From the NCBI GenBank assembly GCA_964438895.1, contig CAYTMJ010000001.1, positions 31,746 through 95,745 on the forward strand: a stretch of 64,000 nucleotides of DNA, in the 5' to 3' direction. Of this stretch, positions 37,235 to 47,808 are shown in pieces. Under the pieces are notes generated by a model. It saw nothing but the letters and a program-made list of their open reading frames with translations. It did not search any database and was not told the origin of the DNA. Source of the DNA: an uncultured Syntrophobacterales bacterium. GTDB lineage: Bacteria > Desulfobacterota > Binatia > UBA9968 > JAJDTQ01. Position 1 is the stretch's first letter. Each line of letters starts with the position of its first letter. A program made the position numbers and the translations under genes.

Positions 37235-38802
37235 CCCCAGCCCCGCCGAGCCAAGTTTACGATCCCGCCCATAAGTGGCCTATCACCATCACCCTGTCCC
37301 TAGGGATGATCAGCGTCGGGCTCGGTATCACCGGAATTGACATAGCCATACCTGCCATGATGTCCTCTTTAGGGACGTCGTTAGACCGGATCCAGTGGGT
37401 GTTAATCGCCTTCATGATCACCCGCACAGTGTTAATTCCCGGCGTGGGGTGGATGGGACAACGTATCGGGGATCGCAACCTCTTCATCTTCAGCGCCGCC
37501 ACTTTCGCCGCGGGCTCGCTCCTCTGCTCCGTCGCCTGGGACGTCAACTCCCTAGTGGCCTTCCGCGTAATCCAGGGCATCGGGGTAGGACCACTCATCG
37601 GCGTGTCTATGTCCATCATGTACGAGGCCTTTCCGCGCAACGAGCGTGGTCTCGCCATGGGCCTATTTATGACTGGGTGGTCCCTAGGGCCCTTCTTCGG
37701 CCCGCCGGCCGGCGGCTATCTGGCTCAGGCCATAAGCTGGCGCGCCATTTTTTACCTACCGCTCCCTACCTTGACTCTCGCCATTCTCGCCGCCGCCTTC
37801 ATCCTTCCCCGACGTCCCGCCGACCACACGCTGCCAACATTTGACCTGCTCGGGTTTCTCACTTTGACCGGTGGCCTAGTGACCATGCTGCTCGGGCTAA
37901 CTCAGGGGCAGGAAACTGGCTGGGCAAGCCAAAGAATCGTGTCCCTGTTCGGCACTGCTGCCCTGCTCATTGGCATCTTCATCATCACCGAGCTGCGCGC
38001 CGAACACCCCTATGTCCAGATTCGCTACTTCAAGAACCTCAACTTCAGCATCTCCAACGTTATCGTGTTGATCCGGGTCATGGGCTTCCGGGGAACGAGC
38101 TTCATCCTGAACCTGTTTCTGCAGAGGGCACTTCACTACACCCCACTACAGTCCGGCATCTTCATGCTTCCCGCCGCCATCGCCGTAGGTGTAGTGTCCC
38201 CCTTCGCGGGCATGCTGTCAGACCGGTTCGGGCCAAAGATCCTAATCGCAGGGGGGCTCGCCCTCCTCACCGTCACCCTCTTCGGGCTCTCCACCGTTAC
38301 CATGTGGACCAGCATGGGCCTCATCTACTTCCTGATAGTACTCAAGAGCATCGGGCAGTCGACCATCAATGCACCACTCAACTCCATCGCCCTCGGCGCC
38401 CTACCCGAGGGCGAATCGCGAATGGGCAGTGGTCTCCTAGGCCTTAGCCGCGGCCTGGGCGAGGGGTTCGGTATTGCCACCCTTAGCCTCCTCCTAGAAC
38501 GCTACGTCTTCGTCAAGGTTGAAGCTATGACGCCCCCGCTGGATGCCCGCTTGACTGAAACCCTGCGAGACGATGTGATGGTCCAACTCGGCACCATACT
38601 ACAGCACGCAGGGCAATACGGCATTGCGTTAAATGAACGGGTCCTGTCGCTGTTCGGGTACAGGCTCTTGAACGAAAGTGTCACCCTCGCCTACCATCAG
38701 CTTTTCATCATTGTGGGATTCATCTACTTGGGCTTGGTAGCACTGGTAGCCTTTTTACAAACTAGGGGAGTCAACGAGCCTACTGCCCCACCGGCAACGT
38801 AG
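37231..38802 (+). CDS. MFS transporter, DHA2 (EmrB/QacA) family, 14 TMS
   Basis: 523 aa with a DHA2 profile. Operon with the HlyD-like gene. Confidence 0.8.
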   Translation: MTPAPPSQVYDPAHKWPITITLSLGMISVGLGITGIDIAIPAMMSSLGTSLDRIQWVLIAFMITRTVLIPGVGWMGQRIGDRNLFIFSAATFAAGSLLCSVAWDVNSLVAFRVIQGIGVGPLIGVSMSIMYEAFPRNERGLAMGLFMTGWSLGPFFGPPAGGYLAQAISWRAIFYLPLPTLTLAILAAAFILPRRPADHTLPTFDLLGFLTLTGGLVTMLLGLTQGQETGWASQRIVSLFGTAALLIGIFIITELRAEHPYVQIRYFKNLNFSISNVIVLIRVMGFRGTSFILNLFLQRALHYTPLQSGIFMLPAAIAVGVVSPFAGMLSDRFGPKILIAGGLALLTVTLFGLSTVTMWTSMGLIYFLIVLKSIGQSTINAPLNSIALGALPEGESRMGSGLLGLSRGLGEGFGIATLSLLLERYVFVKVEAMTPPLDARLTETLRDDVMVQLGTILQHAGQYGIALNERVLSLFGYRLLNESVTLAYHQLFIIVGFIYLGLVALVAFLQTRGVNEPTAPPAT

Positions 38803-38884
38803 ACAATCACCAAAACGCCGTTACATCTTGATTGCAATGATCACGGGAAACCGAAACCGTACAATCCCGATGTGTCGTCGGCCA

Positions 38885-39337
38885 TCAGTCCCGGAAACTG
38901 GATTTGCCGGAGAGCCACAGACCCAGGTAACGTAAGCGGCGAAACCACGGATAAAAGAAACGCGCCCGCCCGGAACTAGAACCCACCCATCTCGTAAGGG
39001 CGTTAACCCACCCAGGTTCCGTAGCCATAGAACCGAGCACAGCCATAGCCTCCGCTCCCTGATAACGCCGACCCTCCAACACGAGAATCATACCGTCTTC
39101 AAGGTCACATGCGTTCTGTCTTAACTCCTTGACAAGACCAGGGGCCTCCCTACCGTCGATGAACCGCAAACGTTTTCCTGCGGGCGTTCTGATCCTAGAC
39201 TTCCGCGCAAACGTCCGGCAGTAAACGCATTCGCCATCGTAGAGGAGAAAGCTGTCCAACGAACGTATGCCTGGGGAGCTCTCCCCTTCGGTTCTTGGTG
39301 GAATCAGCAACTCTCCTTCCCAAGCCTGATGTTTCAC
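38885..39337 (-). CDS. Thiol-disulfide oxidoreductase DCC family (DUF393)
   Basis: 150 aa. The LYDGECVYC motif is present. Confidence 0.65.
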   Translation of the reverse strand: MKHQAWEGELLIPPRTEGESSPGIRSLDSFLLYDGECVYCRTFARKSRIRTPAGKRLRFIDGREAPGLVKELRQNACDLEDGMILVLEGRRYQGAEAMAVLGSMATEPGWVNALTRWVGSSSGRARFFYPWFRRLRYLGLWLSGKSSFRD

Positions 39338-39491
39338 CCGTTATCATCAGCGGGCGGAAACACGGTCACAATTCCGCTAGCACAAGTTTCAGCAATCCCA
39401 GCTGATCGCTTAAGGAAACTTCTTAGAAAACGTATTCATGCGAGCCAGCGCTGCCCTTCATTGAACAGCAGCTCACCAAAGACCACAGCTC

Positions 39492-40763
39492 CTATCCAAT
39501 CTTCTCCACACCACCCATGTATGACCGCAATGCCTCGGGGATAACGATACTGCCATCTTCTTGCTGGCAGTTCTCCATTATGGCCACGACGGTTCGACCA
39601 ACGGCCAACCCCGAGCCATTGAGTGTATGTACAAGCTGGGGGCGCTGCTTGGGAGCCGGACGATACCGAATAACCGCGCGGCGGGCTTGGAAGTCGGTAC
39701 AGTTGGAGCAAGAACTGATCTCCCGATAGGCATCTTGCCCAGGCAACCAGACCTCAATATCGTAGGTCTTGGCTGCAGAAAATCCCAGGTCCGCGGTGCA
39801 CAACTCCACGACACGATAGTGCAACCCCAGACGTTGGAGTACGACCTCAGCATCACGGGTGAGCTTCTCTAGCTCCTCAACGGAACGGTCAGGCTCAACG
39901 ATCTTTACTAGCTCCACTTTGTTGAATTGGTGTTGCCGGATCAGGCCACGCATGTCCTTTCCGTACGAACCCGCCTCCCTACGGAAACAAGGTGTGTAAG
40001 CGCAATAGTTCCGGGGCAGATCGCTTTGATCCAGGACCTCTTCCCGGTGGATATTGGTAAGCGGCACCTCAGCAGTAGGGATAAGGAAAAAATCGGGGTC
40101 TACAGTGTGGAACATGTCTGATTCGAACTTTGGGAGTTGGCCGGTACCAGTCATGGTATCGCGATTTACCAGAAACGGCGGCAAGATCTCCTCGTAGCCA
40201 TGTTCCCGGGTCTGAATATCTAGCATGAATGCTATCAGGGATCGCTCCAACAGTGCCCCCTGTCCCCGGTAGAGAGTGAAGCGGGCACCCGCAAGCTTAG
40301 CACCTCGGGCAAAGTCAAGGACCCCGAGCTGTTCACCGATCTCCCAGTGATTCTTCGGAGTAAAGCCAAATGCCGGGGCCTTACCCCACTGCCGCACCAC
40401 CGGATTGTCGCTCCCGCTCTCGCCTACGGGCACACTCGGGTCGGGAACGTTTGGGAGATTGAGCATTAACTCGTCAATCCGTTGCTCAGTCTCGTTCAAC
40501 GGCTGGTTCAACGCATCCAACTCCGTGCTATAAACACCAATCTGCTCCATTAACGCCGCAGTGTCGCCGCCCGCTTTCTTGAGCCGGCCGATTTCACCCG
40601 AGAGCTTGTTCTTCTGTTCCCTGAGGCGCTCCCAGTGAGCCAGGGTCTCGCGACGCTCTCGGTCCGCAGCCAGAACCGCCTCCCAATCGATGTCCCCTCC
40701 TCTCGCGGCCATGCGATTCCGCAGGCCTTCCGGGTCCTCGCGCAACATCCTAACGTCAATCAT
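39492..40763 (-). CDS. serS: Seryl-tRNA synthetase
   Basis: 423 aa with an N-terminal coiled-coil arm. Class II aaRS motifs FRRE.., GSAxxxxR. Confidence 0.9.
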   Translation of the reverse strand: MIDVRMLREDPEGLRNRMAARGGDIDWEAVLAADRERRETLAHWERLREQKNKLSGEIGRLKKAGGDTAALMEQIGVYSTELDALNQPLNETEQRIDELMLNLPNVPDPSVPVGESGSDNPVVRQWGKAPAFGFTPKNHWEIGEQLGVLDFARGAKLAGARFTLYRGQGALLERSLIAFMLDIQTREHGYEEILPPFLVNRDTMTGTGQLPKFESDMFHTVDPDFFLIPTAEVPLTNIHREEVLDQSDLPRNYCAYTPCFRREAGSYGKDMRGLIRQHQFNKVELVKIVEPDRSVEELEKLTRDAEVVLQRLGLHYRVVELCTADLGFSAAKTYDIEVWLPGQDAYREISSCSNCTDFQARRAVIRYRPAPKQRPQLVHTLNGSGLAVGRTVVAIMENCQQEDGSIVIPEALRSYMGGVEKIG

Positions 40764-41241
40764 TACTCTTCCCTTTCGGCAACGTGTGAACTCATTCTGT
40801 GTCTGAAACTTTGCTCAATCGTCCGTGCGCAGCCACCCTGTCGACAGCACCCAACAATTCCGCAATACCGAACCTACACCGGGAACGGAGAGTCCGCAGT
40901 AAACTCAAACACCAAAGCAATCCCGACGACATCGAACTGAACATTCCGATTACAGAAAATACAACTATGAAGGTAGCACAGGGCCACTCACTTCAACCGG
41001 CTCTGCATAGTGGTGTTGACCGATCCCAGTGGCCCACCGCACGTGTCCACCTCGCGAGCATCCCCGCCGCGAGTACTAAGTCGCAGCAGTCTAGGGTACT
41101 CGGAGCGAATCCGCCAAGAAAGTATCAGTAATTGCATTCGACGAGGGCATGGCCTCCCACCGGGGGCGGCGCTCTTGGACCTCCCCCAAGGACTTCCGCT
41201 CATCGGGCATTCCCAATTTTGGCACCAGAGAGCGGGGCCGG

Positions 41242-42024
41242 TTAACCTCCGCTCCGGGCTGTGACATCAGTCGGGTCCATTTTGTTCAAGGCTTCTCTTA
41301 CCGGTTTAAAGCTACGGCGATGGACTGGACAGGGACCGTAACGGTCCAAGGCGACGGCGTGGCGGCGGCTCAGGTAACCCTTGTGACTGACGAAGCCGTA
41401 CTCCGGATACAAGGCGTCCAACTCCACCATCATGCGGTCCCGCGCCACCTTAGCGACAATAGACGCTGCTGCGATAGAGAAACATAACCGGTCCCCGCCC
41501 TTAACAGTCCGCTGAACAGGCGCGGTGGGCCATGCGCCGTTCTCCAGCAATATTGCCGACGGAATTTCGTATGGGCCATCGATAATCAGAAAGTCAGGCC
41601 TAACACTTAGTTCGCCAACGGCACGAGCCATCGCCAACAGGCTAGCCCGCAGAATGTTGAATGTGTCAATCTCGCACGAATCCGCAACTCCCACCGCCCA
41701 CGATAACGCCTGATCCTTGACCCAGGCGGCGAGCCGCTCGCGCTTCTTTGGACTCAACAACTTGGAATCCCGGATGTCCGGGTTGAAAGTCCCTAAATCG
41801 AACACCACCGCCCCAGCCACTACGGGGCCCGCCAGGGGCCCCCGCCCCGCTTCGTCAACTCCCGCGATTCGCCGAAACCCACGCGAGAGGGCATCCGCTT
41901 CATAAGCCGTGCCACTCGGTCTGAGCGCGTCGCGAGCGAGCAAGGCGCTGCTTCTGGGCGGATCGGGGGGAGGTCGTTTGCCGGGCATTCGAAGCATATG
42001 ATAAGAAATTCTCGTGAAAATCAC
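41242..42024 (-). CDS. rnhB: Ribonuclease HII
   Basis: The IAGVDEAGRGPLAGPVV and DSKLLSPKKRE motifs are present. The true start is probably internal (the N-terminal 50 aa extension is unusual). The ORF overlaps the gatC start. Confidence 0.8.
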   Translation of the reverse strand: MIFTRISYHMLRMPGKRPPPDPPRSSALLARDALRPSGTAYEADALSRGFRRIAGVDEAGRGPLAGPVVAGAVVFDLGTFNPDIRDSKLLSPKKRERLAAWVKDQALSWAVGVADSCEIDTFNILRASLLAMARAVGELSVRPDFLIIDGPYEIPSAILLENGAWPTAPVQRTVKGGDRLCFSIAAASIVAKVARDRMMVELDALYPEYGFVSHKGYLSRRHAVALDRYGPCPVHRRSFKPVREALNKMDPTDVTARSGG

Positions 42025-42301
42025 CAGAGAAGAGGTTCAGCATATAGCCGTCCTTGCCCGCTTGGACCTCGCCGCGGACGAGCAAAAACAACTTGTCGGT
42101 CAGCTCAACCACATCCTCGAATACATGGACAAGCTCAATGAGCTCGACACCGACACCGTCGAGCCCTTGTCCCACGCAGTAGACGTAGTGAACGTTCTGC
42201 GCCCAGACAAAGCGGTCAACCAACCGCAAACCGAGGGCATGCTGCAGAATGCTCCTGCGCGGGATGGGGACTTTTTGAGCGTTCCGAAAATCATCGAATA
42301 A
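42014..42301 (+). CDS. gatC: Asp-tRNA(Asn)/Glu-tRNA(Gln) amidotransferase subunit C
   Basis: 95 aa, matches the GatC profile. Confidence 0.85.
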   Translation: MKITREEVQHIAVLARLDLAADEQKQLVGQLNHILEYMDKLNELDTDTVEPLSHAVDVVNVLRPDKAVNQPQTEGMLQNAPARDGDFLSVPKIIE

Positions 42302-42305
42302 TTGA

Positions 42306-43781
42306 ATGGCAGTACACGACCTGACGCTCCACGAACTACACGATCGGTTGCGTCGTCGCGAGCTCAGCTCGGTCGAGCTGGCCGAAGCGCTCTTCGACCG
42401 CATTGAGGCAACAGACGGAACCATCGGCGCTTATCTTGAGGTGTGCCGCGACAAGGGCATGGAAGCCGCGCGCCAAGCCGATGTGCGCCTTGCCGAAGGG
42501 GACGTGTCCTCAAAGCTCCTGGGAATTCCTGTAGCACTCAAGGACGCGCTAATCACCGAGGGTGTAACCACCACCTGCGCATCAAAAATCCTTCAAGATT
42601 TCTCACCGCCATATGACGGCACCGCAGTGCGACGTCTCAAGGAGATGGGGGCCGTGCTTCTCGGAAAGACCAACATGGATGAGTTCGCCATGGGTTCCTC
42701 TACCGAGAATTCAGGGGTTTACATCACCCGCAACCCCTGGAACCTGGACCGTGTTCCGGGGGGCTCCTCAGGGGGCTCCGCGGCCGCGGTAGCGGCCGGC
42801 CTGTGTATCGCCGCACTGGGTACCGACACCGGTGGGTCAATACGCCAACCAGCGTCGTTCTGCGGAGTGGTAGGCCTCAAGCCTACCTACGGGCGAGTCA
42901 GCCGATACGGTGTGGTGGCCTATGCCTCGTCTCTGGACCAGGTGGGACCGATTACCAAGGACATCACCGACTGTGCACTAGTGCTCCAAGCCATTGCCGG
43001 TCACGACTCAGCAGACTCCACCTCGGTAGACGTGCCGGTGCCAGACTACACTGCCATGTTAACAGGCGACGTCGCAGGATTGCGCATCGGTGTACCTAGA
43101 GAATTCTTCTCGTCCGGTTTACAGCCCGAGGTGGAGCAGGCCGTGCAGCAGGGCATCAGTGAACTGGTAAACGCCGGCGCCGTGGTTTCAGAGGTATCAC
43201 TGCCACGAAATGACTACGCGGTGGCCGCCTACTACATCATCGCAGCCGCCGAGGCCAGTTCGAACCTAGCCCGCTATGACGGCATGCGGTACGGCCCCCG
43301 CGTCCGAGCTGACGACCTGACAACTACCTACATGAAGAGTCGTGCCCAAGGCTTCGGGCAGGAGGTAAAGCGGCGAATCATGCTGGGTACCTACGTACTG
43401 TCCGCAGGCTATTACGACGCCTACTACCTCAAGGCACAAAAAGTGAGAGCGCTCCTCAAGCAGGACATGGAGTTAGCCCTACGCGGCTGTGACGCAATCG
43501 TTGCCCCCACCTGTCCCACCACCGCCTTCAAAATTGACGAGATGACCCACGATCCCCTGCAGATGTACTTGTCGGACATCCTCACCATCTCGGTGAATCT
43601 CGCTGGCCTCCCTGCGCTTTCTCTCCCGTGCGGGTTTGACCAAGCCGGCCTCCCCGTGGGCATGCAAATCATCGGAAGGCACTTCGACGAAACGACCCTC
43701 CTACGCTTAGGGTACGCGTACGAGAAGGCTACTGAATGGAATATGCGGAGGCCAGCACTCCAGTCTAGCCGGACCCCTTAG
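42306..43781 (+). CDS. gatA: Asp-tRNA(Asn)/Glu-tRNA(Gln) amidotransferase subunit A
   Basis: 491 aa with the amidase signature [14 protein letters not shown]. Confidence 0.9.
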   Translation: MAVHDLTLHELHDRLRRRELSSVELAEALFDRIEATDGTIGAYLEVCRDKGMEAARQADVRLAEGDVSSKLLGIPVALKDALITEGVTTTCASKILQDFSPPYDGTAVRRLKEMGAVLLGKTNMDEFAMGSSTENSGVYITRNPWNLDRVPGGSSGGSAAAVAAGLCIAALGTDTGGSIRQPASFCGVVGLKPTYGRVSRYGVVAYASSLDQVGPITKDITDCALVLQAIAGHDSADSTSVDVPVPDYTAMLTGDVAGLRIGVPREFFSSGLQPEVEQAVQQGISELVNAGAVVSEVSLPRNDYAVAAYYIIAAAEASSNLARYDGMRYGPRVRADDLTTTYMKSRAQGFGQEVKRRIMLGTYVLSAGYYDAYYLKAQKVRALLKQDMELALRGCDAIVAPTCPTTAFKIDEMTHDPLQMYLSDILTISVNLAGLPALSLPCGFDQAGLPVGMQIIGRHFDETTLLRLGYAYEKATEWNMRRPALQSSRTP

Positions 43782-43850
43782 CAAAGATCACGGTACGGCA
43801 GGGGGCGCTCCTGCTCCAAACGTCATTCACACGGCAGTAGCAACCCAACC

Positions 43851-45005
43851 TCATGCGGTACCGAGGATTAGTGTCGCATGCATGGCTAGGCTACCCCCGT
43901 GGCCGCTAATAATACCAACTTTGGCGTCGGACACTTGGCGCTCAGCCTCCACCTCGTTGCCACGGAGCTGCCGAGCACCTTCCGTCAGGTGAAGCATTCC
44001 TTCCAGGTGGGCTTGAGACAGAAGACCCCCGTGGGTGTTGAGAGGAATCTCCCCACCGATACCAATGCGCCCGTCTTTGACGAAATCCTTCCCTTCACCC
44101 TTCTCGCAGAAGCCGTAGTCCTCCAAAGTGATCATGGCGGTAATAGTAAAGCAATCATAGAGCTCCGCAAAGTCCATATCTCTAGGCTCTACACCCGCCA
44201 TATCATACGCCATTCGTGAGGACTTGCGTCCCCCCAGGGTGGTCAGAGTAGGCGCATCCAGCAAACTGAAGTGGGGATGGTGCTGACCCATTCCCAGGAT
44301 CACAACTGGCGCCTTAGGAAAGTCTTTTGCACGTTCCATACTGGTTACCAGCACGGCGCCACCACCGTCGGATTCCAGCGAGCAGTCAAGAAGGCGCAGC
44401 GGATCGACGATCATGCGCGACTGCTGATGGTCCTCCACTGTAATGGGCTTCTTCATGGTAGCGTTAGCATTCAGCGATGCGTGCCGCCGGGTGGTAACGG
44501 CAATCTCCGCTAAGTCCTCGCTACGAGTGCCAAATTCATACATGTGGCGCTGAGCCGCCAGCGCATGGCCAGCGGCCGCAGCGAAATGCCCCCAGGGACG
44601 CTCCCAATGCTCGTCACCTCGGCGGATGGGGTATCCGGGGGTAGTATCCCCGGTAGAGCGCTTACGCGCGTGGACACACAGCACCGAACTGCACATACCG
44701 GCATCAATGGCCATAACCGCGTGCTGCACCATGGCGATAGGGGTGGCGCCACCAAGAGCCAGGTCGGTGGCATACGCCGGCGTGATGCCCGCCATGTGCG
44801 CCAACCGTACCGCGTAGCTGCGGTGAGCATCGTTCAGGGGCTGGTTGGTAACAAACCCGTCCACAGCGTCACCGCGCACGCCCGCGTCATCAAGGCACTC
44901 CCGGATCGCCTCGAGATGCAGCGAGTGCGTCGTGCTATCCGGGCGCTTGCCCACTAGCGTCTCGCCGATGCCAACAATGGCGTATTTTCCTCCGAGATTG
45001 GCCAT
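43851..45005 (-). CDS. Thiolase-like protein (SCP-x / lipid-transfer-protein type thiolase domain)
   Basis: 384 aa. Thiolase fold blocks: N-terminal AIVGIGET, the C-terminal HGGLLSQAH, and CSLESDGGGAV. Confidence 0.7.
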   Translation of the reverse strand: MANLGGKYAIVGIGETLVGKRPDSTTHSLHLEAIRECLDDAGVRGDAVDGFVTNQPLNDAHRSYAVRLAHMAGITPAYATDLALGGATPIAMVQHAVMAIDAGMCSSVLCVHARKRSTGDTTPGYPIRRGDEHWERPWGHFAAAAGHALAAQRHMYEFGTRSEDLAEIAVTTRRHASLNANATMKKPITVEDHQQSRMIVDPLRLLDCSLESDGGGAVLVTSMERAKDFPKAPVVILGMGQHHPHFSLLDAPTLTTLGGRKSSRMAYDMAGVEPRDMDFAELYDCFTITAMITLEDYGFCEKGEGKDFVKDGRIGIGGEIPLNTHGGLLSQAHLEGMLHLTEGARQLRGNEVEAERQVSDAKVGIISGHGGSLAMHATLILGTA

Positions 45006-45172
45006 GACTCCTCCTTATGGGGACAATGCCCCGCAGGTCACAATATCGTAAAGTAACTGCAGTAACTGCAAATCCGTACCAGCAAACGCCGGAGGGCGTC
45101 AAGATAGCCAAGCACATTGACCGGCAGCGGCTCATTGCGGTAGTTCGGCCTTTCTGTTACCTCAGCGGAGGC

Positions 45173-46618
45173 ATGAGTTATGAACCGGTCATTGGTCTGG
45201 AGGTACACGCGCAGATCTTGACTGAGTCTAAGATCTTCTGCGGCTGTTCCACGCGATTCGGTGACCCGCCGAACCACAACACCTGCCCGGTATGCATGGG
45301 CTTTCCGGGAGTTCTACCGGTCCTGAACCGCCAGGTGGTAGAGCACACAATTCGCACCGGGCTAGCCACACAATGTACCATCGCCCAACGCAGCCGTTGG
45401 GCGCGCAAGAATTACTTCTATCCCGACCTGCCGAAAGGCTATCAAATCAGTCAGTACGAGTTACCGCTGTGCACTGGCGGCCACATCGACGTGAGCGGGG
45501 CCAGCGGCTCGACACGGGTACGGCTCAACCGCATCCACATGGAAGAGGACGCCGGTAAAAACATCCACGACGTACGTAGCGACCACAGCCTGGTGGATCT
45601 GAACCGGGCAGGCGTACCTCTAATGGAGATCGTGAGCGAGCCCGATTTGCGCAGCCCAAACGAAGCCGGCGATTACCTACGGACCCTACGCTCAATCTTA
45701 GAATACCTCGAAGTGTGTAACGGCAACATGGAGGAGGGAAGCTTTCGCTGCGATGCCAACATCTCGCTGAGGACTGCGGGGGCCAGGAAGCTGGGTATCA
45801 AGGTGGAGATCAAGAACCTAAACTCGTTCAAAGCAGTGGAGAAGGCACTGGAGCACGAGATCCAACGCCAAGGACAAGTCCTGTCGGAAGGGGAAGCGGT
45901 TTCGCAAGAGACGCGCCTGTGGGACCCCGACGCCGGAGTTACCCGGTCCATGCGCTCAAAAGAAAACGCACACGACTATCGCTATTTCCCGGATCCGGAT
46001 CTATTGCCGCTGGAGATTGACGATGCTTGGGTCTCGAAGATCCGCGCCACCTTACCCGAACTCGCACAAGGCCGCCGAACCCGTTTCACGGAAGACTACG
46101 GGCTACCCGCCCACGATGCGGGCATCCTTACCCAGAGGCGCGATGTAGCCGATTATTTCGAGGCTGCGGTCAAAGCCCACGCCAATCCCAAGGCTATCGC
46201 CAACTGGCTCATGGGCGACCTGTTCCGGGTGCTCAAGGAGCGCAAGCTCGACACAGCGCTTCGCATTCAGCGCTGGCCGGTGGCAGCTGATGACTTGGCC
46301 CGCATGGTGCAGTTGGTAGACGAGGGAACCATCAGCGGAAAGTTAGCCAAGACCGTCCTCACCGAAATGCTGGAGACGGGAAATGACCCGGACGCCATCG
46401 TGAAAAAGAAGGGCCTGGAGCAGGTGTCTGATACCAACGCCCTAGACGCCGCAGTGGATGACGTATTGTTGACACACAACACGCAAGTCGAAGAGTTCCA
46501 AGCCGGCAAGGAGAAGGTCTTCGGATTCCTGGTGGGTCAGGTGATGAAGGCCACCCACGGGAAGGCCAATCCACAGATGGTCAACGAGATGCTTCGTAAT
46601 AAGCTTCACGTGCGGTAG
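45173..46618 (+). CDS. gatB: Asp-tRNA(Asn)/Glu-tRNA(Gln) amidotransferase subunit B
   Basis: Start at the internal ATG at 45173 (MSYEPVIGLEVH), with GGAGG immediately upstream. The ORF track extends to 45017. Confidence 0.9.
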   Translation: MSYEPVIGLEVHAQILTESKIFCGCSTRFGDPPNHNTCPVCMGFPGVLPVLNRQVVEHTIRTGLATQCTIAQRSRWARKNYFYPDLPKGYQISQYELPLCTGGHIDVSGASGSTRVRLNRIHMEEDAGKNIHDVRSDHSLVDLNRAGVPLMEIVSEPDLRSPNEAGDYLRTLRSILEYLEVCNGNMEEGSFRCDANISLRTAGARKLGIKVEIKNLNSFKAVEKALEHEIQRQGQVLSEGEAVSQETRLWDPDAGVTRSMRSKENAHDYRYFPDPDLLPLEIDDAWVSKIRATLPELAQGRRTRFTEDYGLPAHDAGILTQRRDVADYFEAAVKAHANPKAIANWLMGDLFRVLKERKLDTALRIQRWPVAADDLARMVQLVDEGTISGKLAKTVLTEMLETGNDPDAIVKKKGLEQVSDTNALDAAVDDVLLTHNTQVEEFQAGKEKVFGFLVGQVMKATHGKANPQMVNEMLRNKLHVR

Positions 46619-47808
46619 TCCGAGTTGATCCGGACGTACTCGAAACCTAGATCAGAAGTCCACACCGAGGTTCGAGCGTCGCCCATGCCCAGACTGATTC
46701 GAACGGTGAAAGACGAGCGTTGCATGACCTTGGCGGCTGCTGCTTCCCGCGTCCCGACAGCCACACCCCGGCGCACCACCCTAACCCGTCCCAGGGCAAT
46801 GTCTATAGTTTTCTCCACAACTGGCACACCGGCGTTGCCCACGGCCATCATAAAACGGCCAACATTGGGGTCTTCACCAAAGAACGCGGTTTTGACCAGC
46901 TTCGAGTTGGCCACGGTGAAGGCCACCTTGCGGGCTTCGCCAATGGTCCGGGCACCGTCCACTCGGATCTCCACGAGTTTTTTTGCACCCTCACTATCAG
47001 CGACTATCTTCAGGGCCAGCTCCCGCATGACGCGCGTCAGGGCCCGTTCCAGCACCCCTTCGCCCAAGCCGCCGCGAGTGATACGCCGGTTACCGGCAAT
47101 GCCGTTGGCCATGCACAGAAGCGTGTCGTTGGTGCTGGTGTCGCCATCTACAGTAATGGCCTGAAACGTACCCTCCGCAGCCCGGCCCATCATCGACCGT
47201 AACGAGGCTGAGGTGACGGACGCGTCGGTGAGGACATAGCACAGCATCGTAGCCATATTAGGCGCGATCATGCCCGCCCCCTTCGCAATGCCGACGACGT
47301 GAACAGTACGACCGTCAATACGACACGACGACGACGCCTCCTTGGGACCGTTGTCGGTGGTAACGATCGCTTCAGCGGCGTCCCGAAGGCTGGCTGACGA
47401 CAACTTCGCCGCTGCATCCGCAATACCTTGCACGATCTTATCCATAGGAAGCGGGACACCAATAATGCCGGTAGAGGAAGGAAGCACCCAGCTATGGTTG
47501 ACACCTAGGGACCGAGCAACTTCGCCGCAAATGGCCTCGGCGTCCCGAAGCCCACCCGGGCCAGTACAGGCGTTAGCGTTACCGCTGTTAACCACCACTG
47601 CCTGAAGGGTCCCCTGGCTTACATGCCGCATGCCCACCAACACGCTGGGGCTCTTAATTCGGTTCTTAGTGAACACAGCGGCAGCTGACGCGGGTCGCTC
47701 TGAAACGATCAGAGCCATGTCCTTACGGCCGCTTTCCTTGATACCAGACGCCACCCCGGCGAAGCGAAAACCAGGGACGCCTAACGGCTGTTTCATTTGC
47801 CGTGACAT
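46606..47808 (-). CDS. argJ: Bifunctional glutamate N-acetyltransferase / amino-acid acetyltransferase ArgJ
   Basis: 400 aa. N-terminus [12 protein letters not shown] and the autoproteolytic ATML site are present. Confidence 0.9.
   Translation of the reverse strand: MSRQMKQPLGVPGFRFAGVASGIKESGRKDMALIVSERPASAAAVFTKNRIKSPSVLVGMRHVSQGTLQAVVVNSGNANACTGPGGLRDAEAICGEVARSLGVNHSWVLPSSTGIIGVPLPMDKIVQGIADAAAKLSSASLRDAAEAIVTTDNGPKEASSSCRIDGRTVHVVGIAKGAGMIAPNMATMLCYVLTDASVTSASLRSMMGRAAEGTFQAITVDGDTSTNDTLLCMANGIAGNRRITRGGLGEGVLERALTRVMRELALKIVADSEGAKKLVEIRVDGARTIGEARKVAFTVANSKLVKTAFFGEDPNVGRFMMAVGNAGVPVVEKTIDIALGRVRVVRRGVAVGTREAAAAKVMQRSSFTVRISLGMGDARTSVWTSDLGFEYVRINSDYRT

Noticed and set aside
36395-38802. 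HlyD-like plus DHA2-MFS pair as part of a secretion or toxin system
   Set aside because: The architecture, overlap and sizes are those of an ordinary EmrAB-type drug/metabolite efflux pair. No cargo or toxin gene is adjacent.
40764-41100. Possible T-box riboswitch leader upstream of serS (an AGGGTGG-containing segment on the minus strand)
   Set aside because: Only the AGGGTGG core matches. The following bases (CTGCGCACGG) do not fit the T-box consensus (UACCGCGG), and I could not recognise a specifier loop or antiterminator. The gene content suggests a diderm lineage where T-boxes are rare.
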